Below are positions 37,772-47,854 of a DNA stretch of 64,000 nucleotides, in pieces (positions within the stretch are counted from its first letter, which is position 1; each line of letters opens with the position of its first letter). Made by a program: the position numbers and the translations under genes. The notes under the pieces are model-generated. The model searched no databases, had not been told where the DNA came from, and saw nothing but the letters and a program-made list of their open reading frames with translations. The DNA lies in the NCBI GenBank assembly GCA_013911165.1, contig JACETR010000005.1, positions 3,109 through 67,108 of the forward strand. The letters are read 5' to 3'. This stretch comes from Planctomycetota bacterium (GTDB lineage Bacteria > Planctomycetota > UBA8108 > UBA1146).

Positions 37772-38731
37772 ATGAATATCGTTGTCTGGATTGAATCCAA
37801 AGCCGGCGAGATCAAATCACCGGCCATCGAAGCTTTGGGAGTCGCCCGCAAGTTGGCAGACTCCACCTCTGGTGAAGTCACCGGCGTCGTCTGTGATGGA
37901 GCGGGAACTGCGATTCCTGATCAAATCATGACCGCTGGAGCCCATCACATTGTGACACGTACCCGTGACGACTGGGATACATGCGGCAATGACACCATCG
38001 CCCGTGAGATCATGGGTGTTTGTGAAAGTCGCAATGCACAAATGGTCGTCTGCGCCGCCACTTCGGCAGGCAAGGAAGTACTGTCACTGGTCGCTGGAGG
38101 AATGGGTATTCCCGTCGCGGCGGACTGTGTTGACGTCAGCGTCAACGAAGGAACTGTTGAGTTCGAGCGTCCCATTTATGCGGGCAAGGCACACCTGCGA
38201 CAGAAAGTGCATTCCGATCGTGTTGCACTCTCTATTCGCCCGAACTACGGCGAAAAACTGACGGTCGATGCTGCAGCCTGCCAAGAAGAGGCCGGCGCCG
38301 CCGAGACAGGCTGGAATCGTACCGCCTTTGAACAGGGGTCCACCGGCCAGGTCGAACTCACTGAAGCCGAGATCATCGTCTCCGGAGGACGCGGCCTCAA
38401 GGAACCTGAAAACTTCAAGTTGCTCGAAGAGCTGGCGGAAGTTCTCGGGGCTGCTGTCGGGGCCTCGCGTGCCGTAGTTGACCTTGGCTGGCGCCCCCAC
38501 TCTGACCAGGTTGGCCAAACAGGAAAAACAGTCAGCCCCAAACTCTACGTCGCTGTCGGCATCTCAGGGGCAATCCAGCACCTTGCGGGCATGTCTTCAT
38601 CGCGAACCATCGTTGCCATCAACAAGGATGCTGCAGCCCCCATTTTCGGTGTTGCCACTTACGGCATCGTTGGAGATCTCTTTGAAGTGGTACCGAAACT
38701 GCAGTCGGACCTGAAAGCGGTCCTCCAGTAG
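37772..38731 (+). CDS. etfA: Electron transfer flavoprotein, alpha subunit
   Basis: 'IVSGGRGL', '[11 protein letters not shown]', '[16 protein letters not shown]'. Lies immediately downstream of etfB. Confidence 0.9.
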   Translation: MNIVVWIESKAGEIKSPAIEALGVARKLADSTSGEVTGVVCDGAGTAIPDQIMTAGAHHIVTRTRDDWDTCGNDTIAREIMGVCESRNAQMVVCAATSAGKEVLSLVAGGMGIPVAADCVDVSVNEGTVEFERPIYAGKAHLRQKVHSDRVALSIRPNYGEKLTVDAAACQEEAGAAETGWNRTAFEQGSTGQVELTEAEIIVSGGRGLKEPENFKLLEELAEVLGAAVGASRAVVDLGWRPHSDQVGQTGKTVSPKLYVAVGISGAIQHLAGMSSSRTIVAINKDAAAPIFGVATYGIVGDLFEVVPKLQSDLKAVLQ

Positions 38732-38756
38732 TCATCAGGCCCTGACTGAGCCAAGC

Positions 38757-38797
38757 GCCCCGTATTCCCCGTTTCACGGGGTTTACGGGGCTTTTTT
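38757..38797 (+). terminator. Rho-independent terminator downstream of etfA
   Basis: Stem 'gccccgta'/'tacggggc' enclosing an inner hairpin 'ccccg-tttc-acgggg', followed by 'tttttt'. Confidence 0.75.
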
Positions 38798-38899
38798 GTG
38801 CCCCGCGGAAAATCTTGCCGAAGCGACTCCCCTCCCGGGGCACTCCCCCAAACGCCGGAATTCGGGCTGCATCGTATTCTTCTGTGCAGGGATTCCCGC

Positions 38900-40594
38900 A
38901 TGAAGCGGGTCCCGGGAGGCCCCATGCATCTCATCATCACCGAGGGCCCCGGTCGGGGGCAAAGACTCGTACTGGGATCTGAGACGGTTCGTCTCGGACG
39001 TGACCCGGGCTGTGATCTGGTCATCGATGACACTCGTGCCTCCCGGCAACATGCCGAGATCAGCCCCACCGAGGATTCACTGTGGATGCTTCGAGACGAT
39101 GGCAGTCGCAACGGCACACTGGTCAACGGAGAAGTCGTGACCCGATGTGTTCTTGAAGCGGGAGATGTGATCACCATCGGTGAATGTTCATTGACGGTTC
39201 ATGCCGTTCAGGAACATATGAGTACATTCTCCATCAAGGTGGACCCCGCTTCTCTTCAAAAACGTCTCCAACAGGATGCCCAACACAGCGGTGTCACCAA
39301 AAGCCTTCAGGAAGCCCTCTTCGAAGTGGGTCTCCTCAATCAAACCTCCTCTCCTCCCGAAGATCTGATTCGGGGAGTCGTCGAAGTCATGCGCTCCGGC
39401 GTCCACTTTGAATCGTGGGGTTGGATTCAGTGGGATGAAGAAGGTACGAAAAGAGCGTTGGGTGAACGAGATCACAAATCTGTCGATCTCGAAGGACTCG
39501 ATCCAAGCATGACTCTCGTCGAAGCTTCACGCAGAAGGCGAGAAGGTCTGATCTCTTCTGAAGTCGGTAATGCGTTTGAAGCCAGTGTATGCGTTCGCAG
39601 AAAACAGGCCCTCTCCGCTCTCGCTCTGCCTCTCATGGGCAAGGATTCGGAAACGTCGGTTCTCTATCTGGAGCGGGGAACCGGCTCCAGCCCCTTCTCT
39701 GAAGAGGAACTGAACTGGGTTGCCAGCCTGGGAGTGCATCTGGCGGTCAATCTCGAGAACTCACGGCTTTTCCGTGAAACCCGTGCAGCCCACGAGGCTC
39801 TTCTGGAAAGCCGGGAACAACTGACCCGACAGGAGAAAATGGTCGCCATCGGGCGGCTCGCCAGTGGTTTCGCCCACGACCTGAACAATCCTCTGGGTTC
39901 GGTGATCGGTTTTCTCCAGTTGGCGAATCGAAGCATTGAAAAAAATCCCCAGAATGTTGAGCAGAATCGCCAGTTGATCACCAAGGCACAGGAAGCCGCA
40001 GACTTTTGTCGAGCACTGTGTCGTAACCTGTTGGCATTTGCCAGAACCAGGCCATTCAAACCCGGATCTGAAAAGCCCTTCAATGTGCGTGAAGTAATTG
40101 AGGGAACACTGGCCATCTGTGAAGCCCGACTGCGCAATGCGGAAATCGCGACAACGCTGGATGTTCCCGCAGATCTTCATCTGACGGGCGATTCTACTGC
40201 CTTGCGTCAGGTGGTCATGAACCTGTCCCTGAATGCAGCGGATGCGATGCATGAGGCGGGCCATGGCGGCTCTATCCACGTCACGGGAAAACACCTTTCA
40301 CAAGGCGGCATCGAATTGGTCTTCGAAGATGACGGTCCGGGCATGACGACCGAAATTGCACGCCATGCTTTTGATCCTCTTTACTCGACAAAAGAGACGG
40401 ACAAAGGCAGCGGCCTTGGTCTATATGTCGTTCAACGAATCGTCGATGGTGCCGGTGGAATGATCGACCTTGAAACGGAGCCGGGAAGAGGCGCACGCTT
40501 CAGAATAGTTCTTCCCGATGCCATGGCCCAATTGGGCAGCGAAGAAATCAATCCTCTGGATGTGACCGACCACTGGCAGGGAGAACTGCAGTGA
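38900..40594 (+). CDS. Cytoplasmic sensor histidine kinase with an N-terminal FHA domain
   Basis: FHA motifs 'LGRDPGCDLVIDDTRASRQHAEI...SRNGTLVNG', HisKA 'FAHDLNNPLGSV', HATPase 'GSGLGLYVVQRIV'. No TM segment seen. Start ATG at 38900 (alternative 38924). The ORF-track start at 38798 abuts the etfA terminator. Confidence 0.8.
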   Translation: MKRVPGGPMHLIITEGPGRGQRLVLGSETVRLGRDPGCDLVIDDTRASRQHAEISPTEDSLWMLRDDGSRNGTLVNGEVVTRCVLEAGDVITIGECSLTVHAVQEHMSTFSIKVDPASLQKRLQQDAQHSGVTKSLQEALFEVGLLNQTSSPPEDLIRGVVEVMRSGVHFESWGWIQWDEEGTKRALGERDHKSVDLEGLDPSMTLVEASRRRREGLISSEVGNAFEASVCVRRKQALSALALPLMGKDSETSVLYLERGTGSSPFSEEELNWVASLGVHLAVNLENSRLFRETRAAHEALLESREQLTRQEKMVAIGRLASGFAHDLNNPLGSVIGFLQLANRSIEKNPQNVEQNRQLITKAQEAADFCRALCRNLLAFARTRPFKPGSEKPFNVREVIEGTLAICEARLRNAEIATTLDVPADLHLTGDSTALRQVVMNLSLNAADAMHEAGHGGSIHVTGKHLSQGGIELVFEDDGPGMTTEIARHAFDPLYSTKETDKGSGLGLYVVQRIVDGAGGMIDLETEPGRGARFRIVLPDAMAQLGSEEINPLDVTDHWQGELQ

Positions 40595-41502
40595 ATCCCG
40601 GTTGGTATCCGCAAATAGAGGTCCTCGTAGTAGAAGACGATCCTTTTGTCAGGGAAAGTTTTCAGATCTACCTGCAAACTGAGGGATTCCACGTCTCGAC
40701 AGCCAGAGACGGGGTGGAAGGCCTCGAAAAGGTTCGGGTAAAAGAACCGGATGTGGTGATCGCCGATTTTCGCATGCCCCGAATGGATGGAATCGGTCTT
40801 TTGAGAGCGATCAAGGAGCATGCCCCTGAGGTCGAAGTCATCATTGCCTCCGGATCGGCAACTTTGGAAAGTGCCCTCGATGCAATGCGATTGGGAGCCT
40901 ACTCCTACATCGAAAAACCGGTGATCGATCTGGACAGGGATCTCAAATTGGTCGTCACTCAGGCTGCTGAGCGGCGCCAGTTGCGCAGTACCAATCTGCG
41001 CCTACAGGGTGACCTCCAGCGAACTCTTCACCTCCTTGAAGAGGAAAAGAAAAAAAAGTCTGCCGGCTCTCCTGAATCGCAAGCCCGGACCTGGCTTCGA
41101 ACTGGTGCAAAAACCCCCCTCCAGCGCTGGAGAAATTCCCTGTTTGAGGAACTTCAATGTGAAGAGTTGCTGTTCTATCTGCGCAAGGACCAAAGGCTCT
41201 ACCCCACTTACTCCCGAAATTCCGTGATCGACTCCGAGCTGGAGTCTGTTGCTTGCGCGGGATTCACGGATCCTGGTGAAACCTGCCGGGAAGTGGAGCG
41301 GGAAGGCCTCTTTGATCATTCAAACCGAATCCTGCTCTTCCCCCTCTTTTTGTTCGGCAGGCTCGAGGGCCTGTTGGCGGTCCCCGATCGCCCCGAGGAC
41401 CCCCACAGGGAATCCTGGAAGACCCAGGTTCGAGAGTTTGGTGACATCGCGGTGGCACATATCTGTGCCTGGGCGGGAACCGCCTCCCCAACCAACGGTT
41501 GA
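40591..41502 (+). CDS. Response regulator: REC domain plus a C-terminal GAF-like region, with no recognisable DNA-binding output
   Basis: 'VLVVEDDPFVRE', 'VVIADFRMPRMDG', 'IIASGSATLESALDAMRLGAYSYIEKP'. The GTG start overlaps the kinase stop (GTGA). Confidence 0.8.
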   Translation: MNPGWYPQIEVLVVEDDPFVRESFQIYLQTEGFHVSTARDGVEGLEKVRVKEPDVVIADFRMPRMDGIGLLRAIKEHAPEVEVIIASGSATLESALDAMRLGAYSYIEKPVIDLDRDLKLVVTQAAERRQLRSTNLRLQGDLQRTLHLLEEEKKKKSAGSPESQARTWLRTGAKTPLQRWRNSLFEELQCEELLFYLRKDQRLYPTYSRNSVIDSELESVACAGFTDPGETCREVEREGLFDHSNRILLFPLFLFGRLEGLLAVPDRPEDPHRESWKTQVREFGDIAVAHICAWAGTASPTNG

Positions 41503-41557
41503 GCCCCCGGCACCTATCGCTTAAAAGCAAGGAGACCCACTGCATTCAGGAGGCTTC

Positions 41558-44500
41558 TTGCTGCCCCCTCGCCCGAAACAACTCCTGACTCGAGGAATCT
41601 GGCTGGCCCTGTGCCTGATCAGCCTTCCCTGCGTATGTCACGGCCAAAACCAACCGTGGATCCCTCCCCGCTCGGCAGACCTGGATCGCCTCTCCCGATC
41701 TGTAGAAGAAGCGCTGATCACGGGTGACCCTTCTGAGTTGAATCCCGCAATGGTCAGGCTGGCGGACCGGATCTTTGACGGGGACCCGGGGGGAACCGTC
41801 ACCCTGAGTGAAGACTTTCATGTAGGTGCCGGCCCATACCTGAAAATGATTCTCGAAACGATGCCTCCCGAATTTTCTGAGGGCGTCCAGAAAGAATTGC
41901 GACTGGCCCTGCAAAGCCGATTGGAAAACTTTCCTCCTGTTGGGTTTGATGCCTCGCTCGACCGTCAGAGAAGTCGTCGGCTCCTTGACCTTGGTCCAGA
42001 AATCGTCGGTGAAGAGTGGCTCAGGCCACTGACCCATGCGGCATTGGAGAGAGGAGACTTCGGGCTTTACGAGTTACTGCGAAGCCGCTCTCCCATTGCG
42101 GAAGAGGCACCTGAAAGTTTTCCAACCCGTCCCCTGCGTCTGCCACCGGTCAATCTCGATCAGGTCAATCCCTTATCCTTGCAGAGATTCACTCTGGAAG
42201 AATCCAGTGATTCCGCCCCCTGGGAAGAACCGCGCAAGCAAAGGGCAATGCTTCAATCGGGGCAGACTCTCTGGATTCAGTCTTCAGACAATCTCCGGGC
42301 ATATGACTCCGGCAATGGTGACCTTCTCTGGAAGACAACTCCAACCCCTTCGTCACCAAGCCCTGATTCCCGGATCCAGATTCGCCAGCAACGCCCTTCA
42401 TTTTCAGTTCAACAGATTGCCATGGTCAGTACTGGCGGGATTCACGGGTTGGACCCCGTCAGCGGTGAAGTGCTGTGGACCATTTTCAGGGAACAGTTAC
42501 TCGGAGAGGATGAACGATCATCCTGGTCCCAACTATCTGAGCCCATCGCTGTTCCCGGTGGCTTTGCCATCGTCATCCAGCAATACATCGGCAACCGGCT
42601 CGAAGCCTACATGGCCAGAATCACAAGGGGTGGTCAGGTGGCATGGGTCAGATCACTGGGAGAAAGCACGGGGGCAACGTGGCTCGCTCTCCATAGCTGG
42701 ACAGCCCCCCCAGTCTACGACCGTGGCCGAATCTTCTGGAACAGTGGCAGAGGAAATGTTCTGGCCCTGCGTGAACAGGACGGTGCCATCCTCTGGTCGA
42801 GAGATCTGCAACCCCGTGGACCCGCCGGCTTGCGTGACCATCTGGAGTTTGTTGATCTGAATCGTCCTGCGCTACAGGTCAGGGAAGACCGGGTGTTTCT
42901 CCAGGTACCGGGAACCTCCAGGATCCAGCAACTTTCTGCGACCACGGGTCAAGTTCACTCCGGACTCCCTGTGGCCGAAGGAACCCTCTGGGAGGTTTCC
43001 AGATCCGGTGATCAGTGTGTGATGATCACGACAGATGGAAAAGTGAAGTCGTGGCGACTCCCTGTAGAAAAAAACCCATCAGCTTCACTCGAATGGCAAA
43101 CGGTGTGGCCAAACCCGTCCCCGGGAAAACCTCTTTCCGTCGATTTTCGTGAAGATGGACAGATTCTCCTGACTACCTCCAAAGTCCTCAGCGCCATCGA
43201 CTCGAAGGGAAACTGGATTTCCCACATGGCCTGGGTGACTCCACCCCGGTCGATCCGGTTCACCCGCACCGGTTTCAGCACGATCACGACCAATGGCCTC
43301 CATTGGTGGCAATCACAGGGTATTCAAAGAGATCAGGAGTGGGATGACGGAGAAGTTTTGCTGGCTTCGTTGATTCGTGGAGAAACCGATCTTCTCCGAA
43401 GTTCACTGAAAAAGGTCGATCTGGGGAGACCCGATCCTGTCTTTGGTCGACTCAAGAGTCAACTCCGCTGGATTCTTGATCAACCTCAACGAAAGATACC
43501 TGAAGATCTGGTCAGCCGATCAGAGATAGCTCTGATCAGTGCGGAAAACACAAGCAGGCAACGAATTCGCCTCGGCTGGGAGAGAGCCGTCAATGCTCTT
43601 CAAAATGAGGCGATCGAAACCGCAGACAAGATCTGCCAATTATTACTGACGGAGCCGGTACAGAGACTGCGTGAAGTGCAAGTGCCGCTGGAAACAGGCC
43701 CGTCGATCAGCGCTGAAAATGCATTCACCGGACTGTTGCTTCAATTGGATCGTAAACCGGGAAACAAGGAGAGAATCCTTAAAAGGGAAGGGCGGGCCCG
43801 GGATCACATGGCTCGTCTCGACAGTCAGACTCCTGAGAGGTTGCGCACTCTGGCCACCTCTCACCCCGGTACTCCCACCGGAAGGATGGCCCGTCTCAAG
43901 GCTGCTGAGGCTTTCTACAGAGCCAAGGACCTCGAAGCCTCGCTGCAGCAGCTGGATCTTCTGATTTTACGGGAAGCCCGGAGCGATGAGAGCGTGGTCG
44001 CACGACTCCGCAAAGCGGAAGTCCTCAGAGAACAGGGACAACGACGTAAAGCCCTCGCGGTGATTGAAGACTTGCGCAGAGATCATGGCAATCGGGTAAT
44101 GACCCGTACGCTGGATGGTGAAACCCTGACATCTACCCTCTCTCAAAGACTCGATGAACTGAAAAAGCAGATCCCAGACCCGGAACTGAAAATCCCCGAT
44201 GTCCCCGGTTTGCCCCTGGAAATTTCATGGACCGGAAGGCTGGACCTGGAACAACTGCGAGCGACGACGCTTCACTCGCTGAATACTTTTCCCGGTTACG
44301 AGGAGGACTTGCGGTATTTGATTCTGACCGCCAATGGAGCACGCCTCCTGGACAGTCGTCAGGGAAAATCACTGTGGAAGTTCGACCTGGAAGAATCTGC
44401 TCCCACGGTTCGAGGTGGCATTTTCCTCAATCGCCAACGTCAAGCATGTCAACTTCTCGGGCTGCATGCTGAAGGTCTGTTGTTGTGGAACAAAAACCAC

Positions 44501-46468
44501 ATTTTCAAAATCGATCTCGATTCGGGACGACTGGTTTGGAAAAAATCGGTTCCCCCACTTCCTTCGACCGATTCAGAGGATTCCACTGAAGATCAGCAAA
44601 TCTGGGTTCATTGCGTCAGTAATCATGAGGCGATCATTGCGGTCTCTGATTCACGGCGCCTCTACCATCTCAATCCGGAAGATGGTCAAACTCGTTGGTC
44701 TATCGCCGATTCTGGAATCCTGATCGATACCCCTGCCCTTCAAAATGGACAGGTACTGTTGGGATATTCGATTCCCGACAAAGTGGAAATCCGCAATCTT
44801 GGGGATGGTGCAGTCGTTCACAGTTGGAAACTGGAGGGAGATGTCCCCGGACTGGCCAACGCTCCTGTCTTCGCTGTCGACGGTTGCCTCTATGGTACCG
44901 AAGGGGGACTGATCACCCGTAAAGACGCCGACGGTCTCACCCTTTGGGAGTTCAAAACTCCCTCCCCTGTTTCAGACATCTACTTCTCGCTGGACCAACA
45001 ACAGGTCATCGCCCGAATGTATTGGACTGAACAGGATCCCACTCTGATGGGAATCAATTTTGAATCCGGAGATCCAAGTTGGCAGAGAAAACTGCCTCAG
45101 GAGTTGCGAAGGATCGTCGCCATCAAATCACTGGGACAGGAACTCCTCGTCCTCTGCGATGGTTTCACGGAACGAAGTCTCCTTTGCCTCAAAACTCCGG
45201 AGACCCCAACGATTCAAACCATCCCCGAAGCGGAACTTCTCTGGACTCGGGATCTCGTCCCCGCCTACGACGCCGTTGAACTGGTGGATCATGGCCCATG
45301 GCTTCTCGTGGTCGATCGATTGAGGGGAGACCTTTCTATTCTAGATCGATACACCGGGACTCCTCTCTCCCAGAAAAATGGCCTTGAAGTGGTCACCCAG
45401 TACACCCGCCCTCTGGGCAGGTTGCACGGTGCAACGATTCTTGGCGACCAGCTGATTGTCGTCTGCGCCAGAGGCTCGGCCGCTTTCCATGCAAAACAGC
45501 CCCTGAAAAAAGATACTGAGGATTGGTTGGGTCTCCTCCATTCACTGGGTGTCTCCGAATTAACCCTGACCCAGGGCTTACTCCAGAAGGACACGCTGGC
45601 CCACCAGGTGGAAATCCGGGAATCACTGATCAAAACAACCAATCAGCCATTGCAGATGAAAAAAGACGCCAGCTGGGAACTGGAATCTCTCGAACGCTTG
45701 CGAGCATTGTCCGGGCTGGATGAGATCAAGGTCCCCTACATGCCCATCCAACCGGTGATTGATGGTTCACTCTCTGAGCCATGGGAAGCGACAGCAGGCT
45801 TGTCCATGGAAACCCCCCGATTTGTACGAAGCTTGCAGGGTATCGGAGAGATCAAGATCCCCTGGAATGACCACATGGATCTGTCCGCAAAGATGTTTCT
45901 CGGCTGGACTGAAAGTGGCCTGCATATTGCGATTGAAGTCGAGGATGATCACATCACCGTCCACGACCGTGATTCCCATACTTGGACCGGAGATTGCCTA
46001 CTGTTAATTCTCGATACCCTTGGCGATGGAGGACAAACTCCACGCAACGATGATCAGGTTTTGACATTGGCTTTCGTCCCCCCACGTCAGCAGGAGGACC
46101 CCGAAGCCGAGAATCCTGATAATCCTGAAGGTGAACCCGGTGAAGAAATGCCCTTCCCGGAAGACGAGGACGATGCGGAAGAACCGGAAGGGGAACATGT
46201 CGTCCTCAGGAGGGCTGACCGCATGGGCGTCACTTATGAAATGACCATTCCGTGGGATTCTATCCTCACCCAAAGGGGAGAAACGGTCTCCAGCCCCTGG
46301 CCTGGCCTGAAGATGCGTCTGGGCGTCGCGATTACAGACGACGACACCGGAAGTGGAGCGACAAAGTATCTTGGCTTGACTCCCGGAATGGTCCTCCACA
46401 AAGTGATGGACCGCCTTTGGGAAGGCTGTTGCCCGGATTTACTCTTGCCGATTCGGCTGGTTCGCTGA
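41558..46468 (+). CDS. Giant secreted protein (1636 aa) with two PQQ/BamB-like beta-propeller regions, a TPR-like helical region and a C-terminal CBM9/DOMON-like domain
   Basis: TTG start 5 nt after 'aggagg'. Signal peptide 'IWLALCLISLPCVCHG'. Repeated 'xxDxxxGxxxW' blade motifs (for example 'AYDSGNGDLLWK', 'LDPVSGEVLWT', 'REQDGAILWS', 'DLDSGRLVWK', 'NPEDGQTRWS', 'DADGLTLWEF'). The C-terminus carries 'IDGSLSEPWEATAG...LHIAIEVEDDHI...GDCLLLILD'. Confidence 0.75.
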   Translation: MLPPRPKQLLTRGIWLALCLISLPCVCHGQNQPWIPPRSADLDRLSRSVEEALITGDPSELNPAMVRLADRIFDGDPGGTVTLSEDFHVGAGPYLKMILETMPPEFSEGVQKELRLALQSRLENFPPVGFDASLDRQRSRRLLDLGPEIVGEEWLRPLTHAALERGDFGLYELLRSRSPIAEEAPESFPTRPLRLPPVNLDQVNPLSLQRFTLEESSDSAPWEEPRKQRAMLQSGQTLWIQSSDNLRAYDSGNGDLLWKTTPTPSSPSPDSRIQIRQQRPSFSVQQIAMVSTGGIHGLDPVSGEVLWTIFREQLLGEDERSSWSQLSEPIAVPGGFAIVIQQYIGNRLEAYMARITRGGQVAWVRSLGESTGATWLALHSWTAPPVYDRGRIFWNSGRGNVLALREQDGAILWSRDLQPRGPAGLRDHLEFVDLNRPALQVREDRVFLQVPGTSRIQQLSATTGQVHSGLPVAEGTLWEVSRSGDQCVMITTDGKVKSWRLPVEKNPSASLEWQTVWPNPSPGKPLSVDFREDGQILLTTSKVLSAIDSKGNWISHMAWVTPPRSIRFTRTGFSTITTNGLHWWQSQGIQRDQEWDDGEVLLASLIRGETDLLRSSLKKVDLGRPDPVFGRLKSQLRWILDQPQRKIPEDLVSRSEIALISAENTSRQRIRLGWERAVNALQNEAIETADKICQLLLTEPVQRLREVQVPLETGPSISAENAFTGLLLQLDRKPGNKERILKREGRARDHMARLDSQTPERLRTLATSHPGTPTGRMARLKAAEAFYRAKDLEASLQQLDLLILREARSDESVVARLRKAEVLREQGQRRKALAVIEDLRRDHGNRVMTRTLDGETLTSTLSQRLDELKKQIPDPELKIPDVPGLPLEISWTGRLDLEQLRATTLHSLNTFPGYEEDLRYLILTANGARLLDSRQGKSLWKFDLEESAPTVRGGIFLNRQRQACQLLGLHAEGLLLWNKNHIFKIDLDSGRLVWKKSVPPLPSTDSEDSTEDQQIWVHCVSNHEAIIAVSDSRRLYHLNPEDGQTRWSIADSGILIDTPALQNGQVLLGYSIPDKVEIRNLGDGAVVHSWKLEGDVPGLANAPVFAVDGCLYGTEGGLITRKDADGLTLWEFKTPSPVSDIYFSLDQQQVIARMYWTEQDPTLMGINFESGDPSWQRKLPQELRRIVAIKSLGQELLVLCDGFTERSLLCLKTPETPTIQTIPEAELLWTRDLVPAYDAVELVDHGPWLLVVDRLRGDLSILDRYTGTPLSQKNGLEVVTQYTRPLGRLHGATILGDQLIVVCARGSAAFHAKQPLKKDTEDWLGLLHSLGVSELTLTQGLLQKDTLAHQVEIRESLIKTTNQPLQMKKDASWELESLERLRALSGLDEIKVPYMPIQPVIDGSLSEPWEATAGLSMETPRFVRSLQGIGEIKIPWNDHMDLSAKMFLGWTESGLHIAIEVEDDHITVHDRDSHTWTGDCLLLILDTLGDGGQTPRNDDQVLTLAFVPPRQQEDPEAENPDNPEGEPGEEMPFPEDEDDAEEPEGEHVVLRRADRMGVTYEMTIPWDSILTQRGETVSSPWPGLKMRLGVAITDDDTGSGATKYLGLTPGMVLHKVMDRLWEGCCPDLLLPIRLVR

Positions 46469-46525
46469 AGATATCAGGGTAATCCTGATTTTGGTTTACT
46501 GGGGATTTGGGGAACTGGGGATTTT

Positions 46526-47854
46526 TTGACGCGATTCAAGTCGGGTATTCTAACTCTGCCATGTCTCCTCACACTCTTCTTGTGTGGGTGCACCACAACT
46601 GCGGATGCAGAGCGGGGATTTCCTCCATTTTATCTGGAGCGCACAGAAACACTTTCGAATGGTGAAACCCTCGAATCGCGCCACTGGTGGCCCTTTTTCT
46701 CGACCGCAAAAAGTGAGTCACTCAGTGAAACTCGTGCACTCTGGCCGATCTACATGAATCGGGTTGAAGAGAATGAGAATCAAACGTGGTTACTTCCCAT
46801 CTACCACCGATCGGCTCACAAGCATGCCGATGGGCGCTGGGATGTCGATGGATTCATTCTTCCCCTCGTCCTTTGGGGCACCGACCCCAAAGAAGGTGAC
46901 TACCTCGCGTTGGGCCCTCTTGGCGGAACTATCCGCGGATTGCTCGGTAAAGACAGGATCGACTACCTCCTCTTTCCACTCTGGGCAAGACTCCAGGATC
47001 GCAGTCAAATCGCCGAGCATTACCTTTTTCCCATTGCCGGCCTCGATGACGGCCCCCTGAGAAAAGGCTGGAGAGTCTTTCCATTTTATGGTGAATCAAC
47101 GGGCTTCACCGTCGATGGCAAAATCAGGGATCAATCACGCACCATCATGTGGCCCTTCTGGAACGAAAAGGCCAGTCGACTCGACACAGACAATCCTGTT
47201 CACTCGTGGTGGATCTGGCCCTTCATTGGACAAATCGAAAGCAAAGATCGAATACTCCGATCGATTGCATTTCCATTTTGGTGGGAAGAACACAATACGG
47301 CGGCAGGGGTCTCCTCCTGGACGCTTCTTCCCTGGACCATTGGCACACGCAACGGTCAGTGGAACCGGATCGAACTTTACCCCTTCTGGGGTTTTCATAA
47401 ACAGGAGGGATTGTCCACCGGCTTTACGCTGTGGCCCCTCTGGCAGTGGGAATCACAAACGGCGGGAGAAAGAACCCGTGAGGTTCGCAGGTTTTTCCCC
47501 TTCTGGCGCTCTATTGACGACACCTCCAAAGCCGATGGAACTCGCTCTGACCGGCTCTTATGGCCCCTGGCCCGCTGGAAAAAAGACGAACGTGGTGAAA
47601 CCCGGGGTTCTTTTCCGGCATTGCTTCCTTTTGATGCTCCGCGGGGATTTGAGTGGTCCCATGGACGCTCGACTCAACTGGCCCGCTGGAAGTCTACTGG
47701 CGAGGGCTGGGATTTTGAGCTCCTGTGGGGACTCCTGAATACGAGGAAAACATCGGATCAGATCGAGTTCTCGCTCCTGGGAGGGCTTCTGTCGAAGGAA
47801 CGGGATCCGCGATCAGATGACACCCGGTGGCGTCTCATGTACATTCAGTTCTGA
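46526..47854 (+). CDS. Lipoprotein made of about 20 short Trp/Phe-Pro repeats and ending in Phe, function unknown
   Basis: TTG start. Lipobox 'LTLFLCGC'. Recurrent 'h-[WFLY]-P-[FLIW]-aromatic' motif every ~17-24 aa (WWPFF, LWPIY, LLPIY, LFPLW, VFPFY, MWPFW, IWPFI, AFPFW, LYPFW, LWPLW, FFPFW, LWPLA). C-terminal '...RLMYIQF'. Confidence 0.65.
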   Translation: MTRFKSGILTLPCLLTLFLCGCTTTADAERGFPPFYLERTETLSNGETLESRHWWPFFSTAKSESLSETRALWPIYMNRVEENENQTWLLPIYHRSAHKHADGRWDVDGFILPLVLWGTDPKEGDYLALGPLGGTIRGLLGKDRIDYLLFPLWARLQDRSQIAEHYLFPIAGLDDGPLRKGWRVFPFYGESTGFTVDGKIRDQSRTIMWPFWNEKASRLDTDNPVHSWWIWPFIGQIESKDRILRSIAFPFWWEEHNTAAGVSSWTLLPWTIGTRNGQWNRIELYPFWGFHKQEGLSTGFTLWPLWQWESQTAGERTREVRRFFPFWRSIDDTSKADGTRSDRLLWPLARWKKDERGETRGSFPALLPFDAPRGFEWSHGRSTQLARWKSTGEGWDFELLWGLLNTRKTSDQIEFSLLGGLLSKERDPRSDDTRWRLMYIQF

